From the NCBI GenBank assembly GCA_964016885.1, contig OZ024740.1, positions 139,624,001-139,688,000 of the forward strand: a stretch of 64,000 bases of DNA. The letters run 5' to 3'. This document shows, piece by piece, positions 1 to 12,959 of the stretch (the stretch's first letter is position 1; every line of letters begins with the position of its first letter). The notes under the pieces are model-generated. The model did no database searches. It was given only the letters and a program-made list of their open reading frames with translations, and was not told the origin of the DNA. This stretch comes from Eledone cirrhosa. Taxonomy: Eukaryota. The translations under genes were made by a program, and so were the position numbers.

Positions 1-118
1 CATAGAAATTAACTAGACAAATAATCAATTAAACAGAGCTAAGTCTAAAATATAAGTTAGAAGAAAAATGCATATAAACTTTACCAAAAATTCATATATA
101 AATATATATATATATATA

Positions 119-496
119 TACAATATTAAATAAATGGAAAACTATATTTATAAAACCATATATATTTCATTATATATATTTCGGGGATATCATATTAACA
201 ATATGCTATGCCTTCATCAGACAAAATACAATATAAACAGTTTTATAGATAAATATATTCGACATACCGTAATAAACATCAACATCATTTGAAGAGGTTC
301 ACTCTAGCTAGAGTGAACCTCTTCAAATGAAGTTGATGTTTATTACGGTATGTCGAATATATTTATCTATAAAACTGTTTATATTGTATTTTGTCTGATG
401 AAGGCATAGCATATTGTTAATATGATATCCCCGAAATATATATAATGAAATATATATGGTTTTATAAATATAGTTTTCCATTTATTTAATATTGTA
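119..496. mobile_element. 378-bp near-perfect palindrome next to (TA)n, with one hammerhead per arm; probable Penelope-like element (PLE) terminus
   Basis: The arms are reverse complements about a centre at 307/308 (ctctag|ctagag) with no spacer; one mismatch was noticed. (TA)n lies at 103-120 and 584-662. Confidence 0.85.
386..453 (+). ncRNA. Minimal type I hammerhead ribozyme (mirror copy on - at about 162-229)
   Basis: gtattttgt-CTGATGA(395-401)-imperfect stem II with a catatt/aatatg hairpin-GAAA(433-436)-palindromic TATATA-TA^-atgaaatat. Stem I pairs using G-U wobbles. Confidence 0.7.
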
Positions 497-580
497 AATA
501 TACTCCAAGTATTTGTCGAGTGCTTTTATATCAGTTATAAATATTTACTAGTTGTAACCCAACAATTTTAAATATAACTT

Positions 581-661
<81 letters not shown>

Positions 662-663
<2 letters not shown>

Positions 664-1160
664 TGATCAATGTTCAGAGCCATCCTCAGCACCCATCCAC
701 CATCTGAGTGAGTTTCTTGGTCAGCGTCCAAGTCTCAAACCCGTACAGCAGCATAGACTCCACTTCAGCAATGAAGAGGCGGATTTTCACGTCTTTACGA
801 AGGTCCGACTTCCACACCGATCTCAAGCTGTGGCACGCCGCCTAGGCTTTGCTCTTCCTCTCAACCACATCATCTTCCGTATTCCCAATCTTTGCTCCCA
901 AATACAGGAAGTCCTCAACCAATTCTAGCGGCTTCCCGCCTACATTAGCGATCCTCTCTGGTTTCTCATAATTCTCTACCAAATATTTTGTTTTAGTCTC
1001 ATTCATTCTCATCCCCACACTCATCGACACAGTCTCAACCTCCTGCATCAAATCCTCTGCCTCCTTCACTGTATTTGTCACCAAAACTATGTCGTCGGCA
1101 AATTCAGCATCCGATATCTTTTTCGCCTTAACTCTCCTGCTCTGAGTATACACTGAGGAT
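662..1160 (-). mobile_element. RTE/RTEX-like LINE reverse transcriptase fragment (inverted 5' segment)
   Basis: ORF 842-1192 contains ISDAEFADDIVLV...GMRMNETKTKYL...VEDFLYLG. A downstream frame gives LRMALNI. Confidence 0.85.
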
Positions 1161-1455
1161 GAAAAACTCAGAGCTGTATGGGAGCCTCCCAAAAGTCAGC
1201 TCAAAAGTGACACAGAGGAGACTGAGGTTAGCTGACATGCTCACCGACATCCAGAGTTGACATTGCACTCAGTGCTCCTGTGGAAGCCCCTGCATGGATA
1301 CACTGGAAGAGGTAGACCGAGGTTACCATATGTTGATGCCCTAAGGACAGACACTGGTCTGTTGGAGACGCAGGACATAGCAGCGATAATGAGGGACAGA
1401 GACCGCTGGAGAGAACTCGTCCATGGATCTCGGGAATTTTACCCGCCCTAGAATA
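1160..1455 (+). mobile_element. 3' segment of the same RTE/RTEX-like LINE
   Basis: Translates as KNSELYGSLPKVSSKVTQRRLRLA*HAHRH..VLLWKPLHG..GRGRP..YVD.L..D..MRDRDRWR, a typical RTE C-terminus. Confidence 0.8.
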
Positions 1456-1586
1456 TATAACAAATTAAGACGCCAGACAAATTCTTACATCATTTAATAA
1501 TAACAAGTTTCGACATGGGAATTGTAAATAGAAACTGTGACGGGTTTTAAAAGAGTTGATGATTGAGCCTATACAGAAGATTTTGA

Positions 1587-1679
<93 letters not shown>

Positions 1680-1894
1680 ATAGTAAGGCACTCATACACA
1701 CACTCAGTGTTTTGCCCCATATGCAACTTTCCAGTAGCTTGTTGTAAGCAGTCGTGCAAACATGTCAGAATATTATGCATTACCACCCAATTGCACAAAA
1801 TTACATTGACCAGCTTTGATAGAATATGGAGACGGATGCTTTTACTTATTTGTCTCGCGTATTTCAATTCTTTTATGTGCGACTTTGGTATGTT

Positions 1895-1934
<40 letters not shown>

Positions 1935-2111
1935 CCGTTTATTTAATATCATTGAATATTTACTCCAGAAAACTGTCGAGTGCTCTGAAACAGTTATAAA
2001 CATTTATATTTGTTGTATTTCCAACGAATTAAATATCCCTTCTACTTATATATATATATATATTCAAAATGTGAGGCCACGAGACATGCATAATAGAAAA
2101 AACGGACTGTC

Positions 2112-2143
<32 letters not shown>

Positions 2144-2146
<3 letters not shown>

Positions 2147-2700
2147 GATAAATCTACCAAGAGTTTACGGTAGTGTCCAATCCGTATGAAGAACTCAATA
2201 TAATCCGGATATCATGGAAAGAAGAGATGCATTCAAAAATCACTTTCGGTGAAAGATAAACGGAATACAGAGTCAAGATAAAATATTTAAAAAATAATGA
2301 ATAAAACAATGAAACAGTTCCTTATATTAAACAAAAAAAGTTCATTATTTAACGATCGTTTCTAGGACATATATGTGTTAGAATTGGTATGCATATTCAA
2401 CAGATCTATGTACAAAATTATACAAAATTATACAAATTATCAAATATAATATACATACCAACACATACATATGCCGTCTTCAGAAAAAAATTTTCTGAAG
2501 ACGGCATATGTATGTGTTGGTATGTATATTATATTTGATAATTTGTATAATTTTGTATAATTTTGTACATAGATCTGTTGAATATGCATACCAATTCTAA
2601 CACATATATGTCCTAGAAACGATCGTTAAATAATGAACTTTTTTTGTTTAATATAAGGAACTGTTTCATTGTTTTATTCATTATTTTTTTAATATTTTAT
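2144..2700. mobile_element. (TA)n-flanked element containing a 423-bp palindrome (2278-2700); related copy at 47593-47910
   Basis: The arms mirror about 2489 (cagaaaa-aaa-ttttctg). The leader tgtagataaatctaccaa...gtagtgtccaatccgtatgaagaactcaa recurs near 47594. Confidence 0.85.
2491..2631 (+). ncRNA. Hammerhead with a very long stem II (mirror copy on -)
   Basis: tttt-CTGAAGA(2495)-about 115-nt stem-loop (catatg..tgtgttggtatg/cataccaa..aacacatatatg)-GAAA(2616)-CGATCG-TT^aaat. The sister copy near 47833 has GAAA-CGATCG-TA^aaat. Confidence 0.6.
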
Positions 2701-2749
2701 ATATATATATATATATATATAAATGTAATCTGAGTTTTTCGAATATTAA

Positions 2750-2820
2750 TAATTGTTTCTACTTTAGGCACAAGGTCAGCAATTACCCAGTGCATTACTA
2801 GTACTTTATTTTATCGACTA
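2750..2820 (-). mobile_element. tRNA-derived Nin/Deu-domain SINE, 3' fragment
   Basis: Matches the reverse complement of the 3' end of the family at 13817-14000. Confidence 0.7.
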
Positions 2821-2953
2821 TTAATAATAATATTCTATTCGTTTGCATTAATGCAAACAGTCTCTTTTAAGCCATGTCAGTAGAATGAGCCCCTCATTCT
2901 TGCTCTTGTGTTTGGCATGTAAACAGAATTGCAGACACTAATGATTACTTTTT

Positions 2954-3003
<50 letters not shown>

Positions 3004-3746
3004 ATAAAGAACCCATAATTCCTTAAGGAGTCGTAGAGGCATCGTCAAACAGCGTGTCTAGGGCACTTTTAAACTTGGCGGAACCCAACTGTTTCCAGGT
3101 CTGAACACAGCCGATTTTTTCTATATAGGTTGCATCGAGCCCACTACTGGACTGGTACTTTCTTATCGACCTCGAAAGGATGAAAGGAAAGTTGACCCCG
3201 GTGGGATTTTAACTATATGTTATTCGTCGGCTCGGGTACCCATTATTCAATACACACCTACTAAAAGCAAATGGAATGAGACATTTATTCGTAATAACAT
3301 CTCATTGCTTAACCATTAATCAGTAGACTTCTACTGTAACTCACACCACGTCAAGTTTTAGGAGAAAATTTAAAGAGATACTATATTATGTAATATGTGC
3401 ATCGGGTATTTCTGCTAGTATATATATATAGTGTGTGTGTGTGTATTTGCGTGTATGTATGTGTGCAGGGGGGGGGGGGGGGGGGGGGGATATATAAAAT
3501 CTAAGTTGCATATCGGCACTATATGACACTATATGAAAGAATAGCCGAAATTGCTTATACCGCATTCTTTTAGAAGCCTTCAGTTCTACTTCAAATACTG
3601 TAGTTATATCTACATTATATTTTCCTTGAATCTTCTAATATACCCGGTTTTCTTGCATGAGGGGGGGGGGGCGTATGTATGCCTTTATGAATTGTACAAG
3701 TACATTAAATTGTATAAGTACAAGTACATATGTATGTATATCACAC

Positions 3747-3813
<67 letters not shown>

Positions 3814-4268
3814 TGTGTGTCTATATACATATATATGTGTATGTATGTATATATATATATACTATAATAGTGTGACTGTGAACGGGCATACATTCTTTAC
3901 ATTCGTGATCTGTTTACGACATTCAAATACACAAACACACATGTCAAACATATGCGCACTTGCGAGCACACACATACACATGCACACACACACACCCATA
4001 CGAATATACATACATACATACTCACATAAATATAATGTCACACACATGTCCTCACACATACATGTATGCATACACATTTCTAATATTTATGTACTTTACG
4101 CACATAAATAATTTCTTTATTGACTACGCAATCCCTTTGCCAGTTTCAGTATAAGCATATAAGCATGTGCATGTAACTCACACATACACAGCAAATATAA
4201 AATACAGATGAGAATGCGCGCACATACACACGAACATACACACGAACATACACACGAACGCACACACA

Positions 4269-4347
<79 letters not shown>

Positions 4348-4719
4348 GCACGCACTATAAGGGAGAGAGAGATAAGAAACGGGCTAAACTTTTCGACTGA
4401 TAACGAAACTCCCGCAAAATACATATACACACACAATTAACTACAAAAACATATGTACAATAAAGAAGCGTGATAAAACTCCCTTCAATGCCAGACAAGA
4501 TTCAATAAGGAACTCGTATTAAAGTCGTTTGACGTCCTAGAAGCAGTAGTAAAGTTTCTCTTAAACGTTAAGCCACCAGAACCATAACAGAAATCAGAAG
4601 TTATTTTGGACATTTGTAATTCTAGATATATAAAAAAAACAAAAAACCTAATAATCATAGCTAGAATCGGTGCGTGAGTATTTGGTGCCCTATGATCTTC
4701 GACCCCTTCTTCCAATTAT

Positions 4720-5010
4720 GCGCTCTTTCACCCAAATTCCGCTTACAGTTTGTTAAGCTGACGAATCTAACGGTGGTCACGCTAAGGAAATTACTATGAC
4801 TGCATTTTCTACTCCACAGTCCAACTTACCCATGCCAACTCAGTTGACAGGTCATAATATCATACGACCCTCTCTACCGCTTTATATGTTTCTACAACGA
4901 TGCTATGCAACAAAGATGTTTAGCAGTTAATTTATTGATCGCGGGAAATTATTATATATGTAAGATAATTACAAAATTTGTATAAAACTGTCTTACTTTA
5001 AAGTTCAGTA
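4720..5010. mobile_element. Old non-autonomous DNA-transposon-like repeat (second copy about 32590-32930)
   Basis: Both copies share tttattgatcgc..tatat..attacaaaatttgtataaaact. Confidence 0.45.
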
Positions 5011-5229
5011 ATGAACCGCTCAAAGTTCTGCGCCCTAAGCGGCTGCCTAGTTAGACAAATCGTAACGCCGGCACACAGAGACAAATGGCAAACTTATGGG
5101 GCTATCAAACATGCAATACACACACAAACATACACATATGTGTCTTGGACCTCAGTCAGTTCCGACGACGAGCGCTTCAGTTGTTTGATGAGTGGCATTC
5201 TACAGACACATATATTCTTAAGATAGTTT

Positions 5230-5400
5230 GCAAGGAGATTTAGCGCGACACAATGTGTAACAAGGCTGGCCTTTTAATCCACAGGTACATGTAAATTTTT
5301 ACAGCTGAGTGAACTGGAGCAACGTGAAATAATATGCCTTGCTAAAGAACTCATTACTTTACGATCCTAAGTCGAACACTCGAACCACTAAGCCATGCGC
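5230..5400 (-). mobile_element. Degenerate CORE-type tRNA SINE
   Basis: cagctgagtgaactggagcaacgtgaaat...cttgct and aaccactaagccatgcgc are reverse complements of the family at 31357. Confidence 0.55.
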
Positions 5401-6698
5401 CGTTACACACACACACACACATACACATACACACGCACACACGCATTGAAACTCATCTCGCACTTGTGTAAATGTCTTAAGTTCGATCAATTGGAAATAG
5501 CAAAGCAAACGATAACCAGCAAAAGAGAAATACAGGTAAGGATTGGAAAGTATGAACCTCAGTCTGTTTCGATAACTTTTACCGTCGTTCGATCAATGGA
5601 ATAGCCAGTTCGGGGAATGTACAAGCAAGTGGTTGAGCATGTCACAGGCGTGTACCTTTAATGTAACTCTAAGGGAGATTCAGCGTGGAACAGTGTGTGA
5701 CACGGTCGAACCTTTGGTATCGTTAATCAGACATGCATCCAGACAATTTCCGACTATGGAAAATGACACTTGCCACATATACCAGGCTGTGAATCGACCC
5801 AAGACCTTATCATTGCGAAGCAAACTTCTTAACCTTTCGACTATACTGCATTCAAAGACATTGAATACTAAAGTATTACATACTCTGTCTGGATAAAAGA
5901 CTGGATGGCCATGGTTTGACAGCCGTTCATTAAAGTCCTGCTCAACTATGGCTCACCTGGCTCTAAATAATATAACATACACACATAGAACACACTTCTA
6001 CACGTGATAGTCATACATATAAACAAAAAGAAGAGAAAGAAAAGAGAATGCAAAGATAAATTATTTAGAATATTCGGCATTTTCTTTTATATAATTAAAA
6101 ACATGAAATTAATTTTATTTTTAAAATGTCAGAATGCAATAAAAAGAACAAACATAGTAATAGAAAGAAACTGCAGTTTAGTGTTCCCACCCGACTTTAG
6201 TTCTACATAACTTCAGTGCAATTATTATTATTTTTTTTTTTTTTTCTTTAAATTTTGTAAGATACTATTTCCATAGAAATAAAAACGAGATTTAACTTGT
6301 TTTTAATACTTTCGTTATTGTATTTTCCGTTCATTAATGCTTCTTTCATTTACTGAACATTTTCAATTTGTGTTTGTAGTCAGCTAAATGAAAGTAAACA
6401 ACAGATATTTCGTTCATCATGCCTTCCAATTTCATGTTGACAGTGAACAATAGCAATCAGTACAAGAAGTGGAAATTTTTACTTTTCTTTTAAATTTAAT
6501 CGACATAATCGAAATCTACACCTTTGAAAATATACATCTGAAAAAAATGTATTTAATAAATTCGCAATATTAAGAACGTTATGAAGAAACGATTGTGGGT
6601 AGGTGGGGTACTAAACTAATGTTGTACTCTTCTACTAGTTTTAGTCATTAAACAGTGGCCATGCTGGATCACAAAGACACACACATACACACACACAC

Positions 6699-6740
<42 letters not shown>

Positions 6741-6778
6741 TGGGAGAGAGAGAGGGAGAGACAGAGAGATAGAGATAG

Positions 6779-6816
<38 letters not shown>

Positions 6817-6821
6817 GGAGA

Positions 6822-7477
6822 TAGGTAGATAGGTAGGTAGGTAGGTAGGTAGGTAGGTAAGTAGGTAGATAGGTAGGTAGGTAGGTAGGTAGGTAGGTAA
6901 GTAGGTAGGTAGGTAGGTAGGTAGGTAGGTAAGTAGGTAGGTAGGTAAGTAGGTAGGTAGGTAGGTAGGTAAGTAGGTAGGTAGGTAGGTAGGTAGGTAG
7001 GTAGGTAGGTAGGTAGGTAGGTAGGTAGGTAGGTAGGTAAGTAGGTAGGTAGGTAGGTAGGTAGGTAGGTAGGTAGGTAGGTAGGTAAGTAGGTAGGTAG
7101 GTAGGTAGGTAGGTAGGTAGGTAGGTAGGTAGGTAAGTAGATAGGTAGGTAGGTAAGTAGGTAGGTAGGTAGGTAGGTAGGTAGGTAAGTAGGTAGGTAG
7201 GTAGGTAGGTAGGTAGGTAGGTAGGTAGGTAGGTAGGTAGGTAGGTAGGTAGGTAGGTAGATAGGTAGGTAGGTAAGTAGGTAGGTAGGTAGGTAGGTAG
7301 GTAGGTAGGTAAGTAGGTAGGTAGGTAGGTAGGTAGGTAGGTAAGTAGGTAGGTAGGTAGGTAGGTAGGTAGGTAGGTAGGTAGGTAGGTAGGTAGGTAG
7401 GTAGGTAGGTAAGTAGGTAGGTAAGTAGGTAGGTAGGTAGGTAGATAGGTAAGTAGGTAGGTAGGTAGATAGGTAGA
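6822..7477 (+). repeat. (GGTA)n microsatellite, about 650 bp
   Basis: Read directly; occasional AGTA/GATA variant units. Confidence 0.98.
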
Positions 7478-7570
7478 TTTAAAAGAGACGAAGTCAGTGT
7501 TGCAGCATATGTACAAACTTTATTGGCAAATTACAATTATTTCGATATCGATCAGTTCAGGCTACATACA

Positions 7571-7672
<102 letters not shown>

Positions 7673-7791
7673 ATATTCTTTATTAGTGATGATCCGTGTG
7701 ATTAATTCGACGTATGTTGCCACCTGGCAGTAAACAGCTGTTAATTTCGAAAACACGACATGTGTGTATGTATATATATACACATATATAT

Positions 7792-7920
7792 ATATTTAAT
7801 ATAGAAATGGCTTCTACAGTACTAGAACTGTTTCATTCGGGAGAAATCACAGGGCTTCCTGATGATTTCTCTCGAATGAAACAGTTCTAGCCCTGTAGAA
7901 GCCATTTCTATATTAAATAT
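7792..7920. mobile_element. Inverted repeat between (TA)n tracts carrying a hammerhead
   Basis: The left arm (atatttaat...gagaaatca) is the reverse complement of the right arm, with a short spacer. Confidence 0.8.
7853..7903 (+). ncRNA. Type I hammerhead ribozyme with all three stems
   Basis: GGCTTC-CTGATGA-T.TTC-tctc-GAA.T-GAAA-CAG-ttctagcc-CTG-TA^-GAAGCC. Stem I is 6 bp, stem III is CAG/CTG, and the cleavage triplet is GUA. Confidence 0.85.
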
Positions 7921-7951
7921 CTATACTTTGCTATGTATTGAACCCGGGATA

Positions 7952-8036
<85 letters not shown>

Positions 8037-8439
8037 TATACAACGGAATTCTGCAGTTTCGTCTCCCAAGTTCCACTCACAATATCATCGGTCAAACCCA
8101 GACTGCGTGTTGGTACTTAACCTGTAACATGAACCACTTTGTTGCAAAGCGAACACCTTAACCACATAACCATGACTACACCTATATGCCGAATGTTTAT
8201 TGTATATAATTAGTGATTTTGAACTTTGAAAGGGGACCGCCACTTCTGGAAAGGGAGAGGTCTAGTTTGATTGAATTGATCCCATGATGAAAAACCGACA
8301 CCATCTGAATTTGAACTCGACATATAAAGGAATATTAAAACGGGGGATTTTTTTTCCGACATTCCATCCATTCTGCTCATGATAACTTGCCTCGTATTTT
8401 AATTAAAGTGTGTTTATCTTTGATGTAGTTTGTGCAAAT

Positions 8440-8810
8440 GTACGCATGTATGTATGTGCATATGTATGTATGTATGTATGTTCATATGTATGTATGCATG
8501 AATGTATGTTTGTATGTATGTTTGAATGTATGTATGCATGAATGTATGTATGTATGTATGTATGTATGCATGAATGTATGCATAAAGTATGTCTGTATGT
8601 ATGCATGCAAGTATGTATGTATGTATGCAAGTATGTATGTATGCTTGTTTGCATGCATGAAAACATGCATATACATGTACACATGTATGCTTGCATACAT
8701 ACATACAAGCATACATACATACATACATACATAAATACTTGCATACATACATACAAGCATACATACATACATACATACATACATACATACATACATACAT
8801 ACATACATGT
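8440..8810. repeat. Degenerate (TATG)n switching to (CATA)n
   Basis: Read directly. Confidence 0.85.
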
Positions 8811-9471
8811 GATTAGTTTTAAAAACATATTGTTTTGACAAATACAAATATACACACCCATACACACATTGACGTATGTTCGCATGCACAAATATACAAA
8901 GGCCCAAATATACAAATGCATACACACACATACACACACACACATATGCATACACGTACAAACTCACTGGCAATAGCTTAAAGTCACACAAAAACACAGA
9001 CACATGTTCAGACTGAGACATTCTACATACCCTTACACATGTAAAACAGTGAGAAGATACAAAGATACACACACCCGAGACAGCCCACTGACAATATAGG
9101 GAGAGAGATAGACAGAAAGTAGGAGAGTGTAGGAGAGAAAGTAAATTCAGTGTACAGGCGTTGTCTTAATTTCTGTGTAGTGTATTTTTGTTTATTCACA
9201 GAGATACTGAGATCGAATAAACTTATAATCATAGACATTTCAGTCGTGACCATCGCGTCTTTTCAGGATTATCTAACACTATGTTATGTTTTTCATCCAT
9301 TTTTTAAAGATGGTTATTGTGAAGTACTTCGGCTACTATTTCTAACTGTTCTAGTGACCATGTACAGTCCTTGCAACTTGTTTTATGTTTCTGTTTGTTT
9401 ATGTGTATGCGTGTGTTTACATGTATTTTTTTATGCTTGTATATGTGTGTGTCTATAGCTGTGAATCTGTA

Positions 9472-9518
<47 letters not shown>

Positions 9519-9769
9519 AGATCCACAGCTATAGACACACACATATACAAGTATTAAAAAATACATGTAAAACAATATATATATATAGATATATTGGCTT
9601 TTTGCTACAATATGTTCTATACCTTTCATTTATATATATATATATATATACATACATACATATATATATATATACAAACATATATATATATATATGTGTG
9701 TATATATATATATATATACATATGTGTATATCTCAACCCTCTCTCCCTCTCTCCCTCTCTATCTCTCTC

Positions 9770-9822
<53 letters not shown>

Positions 9823-9994
9823 GTGTGTGCACGGGTATGTGTATTCGTGTCTGTGTGTGCAGCCGCAGGATAGTGATGTTTACATACATTTATTGACAAA
9901 CAGTTCACATTCTTGTATCCACAATAGTTCGTTAAAGAACTTGTAGTTGGACACACAGACACACACACATATATGTGTGTGTGTGTGTGTGTGT

Positions 9995-10848
<854 letters not shown>

Positions 10849-10906
10849 AGGAAAAAGTATGACCCCGACGACAGAGCTCAAGCCGTTTCGACGGCTTGGG
10901 CGTGCT

Positions 10907-10963
<57 letters not shown>

Positions 10964-11068
10964 CGAAGGAAATGTGGTAAGGAACCAGATATGAACCATA
11001 ACGCACCAAAGTACTCAATACTTAGGGTAGTAGAGTGGGTAATAGGAACAAGTAGGGTCCTACTTGTT

Positions 11069-11072
<4 letters not shown>
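10849..11072 (-). mobile_element. Two fragments of the about 200-bp half-hammerhead palindrome family
   Basis: gaccccgacg..gagctcaagccgtttcgacggct (10861-10897) and aacgaaggaaatgtggtaaggaacc...taggaacaagtagg|gt|cctacttgttccta (10962-11072). Confidence 0.8.
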
Positions 11073-11132
<60 letters not shown>

Positions 11133-11439
11133 CACGCTGAGTGAATGCAATAAAATATTTACTCACCTGCGGTAGGTAAAAAGCCTCAGGTTTGCTATAG
11201 GTAAAGCAAACACTTGAAACCGTGAACTCCTGTTTTAGTGTACTTCCAATGGTCGGCATTGTCCTTAAGATCGTACTTCCAATATCAGTAGTAAGAAGTT
11301 ACCAGCCAGTCTTAAACTTAAGACCTCCCTCTACTTTTACCTACCATCCTCAATAGTCTAACAATATTTTGTGTTCAACGTATAGTGATGATGATGATGA
11401 TGATATATTATTTCTATTGTCGTTATAGTAGTAGTTTTA

Positions 11440-11825
11440 GTGGAGATGGTGGTGGAAGTGGTAGTGGTGATAGGTGTGTTAGTGATGGTGGTGGTGGTGG
11501 TGGTAGTGGTGATAGGTGTGTTAGTGGTGGTGGTAGTGGTGGTGGTGGATATGGCAGTGGTGATAGGTGTGTTGGTGGTGGTGGTGGTGGATGTGGTAGT
11601 GGTGATAGGTGTGTTGGTGGTGGTGGTGGTGGATGTGGTAGTGGTGATAGGTGGTGGTGGTGGTGGTGGTGGTGGTGGATGTGGTAGCGGTGACAGGTGT
11701 GTTAGTGATAGTGGTGGTGGTTCTAGTAATAGTGGTGAATGTGGTAGTGGTGATAGGGGTGTTAGTGGTGGTGGTGGTGGTGGTGCTGGTGGTAGTGGTG
11801 GTGGTGGGTTGGGAATTAGTGGTGG
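11440..11825 (+). repeat. GGT-rich array with an about 39-bp higher-order unit (ggtagtggtgataggtgtgtt...)
   Basis: Read directly. Confidence 0.85.
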
Positions 11826-12155
11826 TCAAAGATCCATCCTCCCTAACCGGTCCTGTTTGGTTTGAACTACTTTAGCCCCGGTCCTAGTCGGTAATCCGGT
11901 CATATCAACAGTGATCCTACGGTCTGGTCAAGTATAGTGGCCCGACTGAACGCTGTGGGGAGCAAGGGAGCACCCATCTTCGCCGACGGCATACTACTTA
12001 GATTTAATGAACCTGCCACCCACTACAACTTCCACCGCCACCACCACCACCACCACCACCATTACTAGTAACACACTATCACCGCCACCACCACTAGTGC
12101 TTATCTACATAATATATATATATATATATAATATATACTACAATATATATATATT

Positions 12156-12231
<76 letters not shown>

Positions 12232-12791
12232 TGTTTTACAATCTGGGTGTGGTAGCGGTTACAGTTCAATGTAGTTATGATTGTGGTGATGTGAGTTAAA
12301 AGTGTGTTACTATTGTTGTTGTTTTTGTTGTTGTGGTAGTAGTGGTTGTGAAAATACTGTTGTTGCTGTTGTTGCTGTTCTTGTTGCCCGTGTAACAAAT
12401 GTGATAATGTTGTGGTAGTGATATTTTGTTGTGGTGGGTGGTACTAGTGGTGTGATTAGTGGTGGCTGTTGTGAGATTAGCGGCGATGCTGGTTGTGGTG
12501 ATGTTGGTGATGTTGATAGTGTTGATACTACTGTTGTTGCTCTCCTTGCTGAAAGTGTTGTCCGTTTTGTTGTTGTTGTGGTAGTGGTAGTGGTGGTATA
12601 GGTGGTAGTGGCGATGTTAGAGATATTTTCATTGCGAGTGTTGTAAGTATTATTGTTGTTGTGGAGCTGACGATGTGGTTGTTCTTCTTTTTGTTGTTGC
12701 TAGTATTGTCCGTATCGTAGTTGCTGTTGGTGTGGTGGTTGTGGTGCTGACTTTGGTGGTTGTGTTGCTGCTGCTGCTACTACTATTGCTC

Positions 12792-12834
<43 letters not shown>

Positions 12835-12959
12835 TGCTGTTGCTGCTGGTGGTGGTGTTGGTCCTACCGTTATAAATTTAGTGGTGTTGTAGTTTTGTTA
12901 ATGATGTTATTATAAAACTACGTGGTATTGTAGTAGTGTTGTTGTTGATGTTATAAAGC

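Noticed and set aside
119-496. Palindromes as classical MITEs
   Set aside because: They lack an internal spacer and fixed termini, several have an asymmetric unique tail, and they carry HHR motifs.
6641-7516. 291-aa TYLP-repeat ORF
   Set aside because: It is a translation of the (TACC)n microsatellite.
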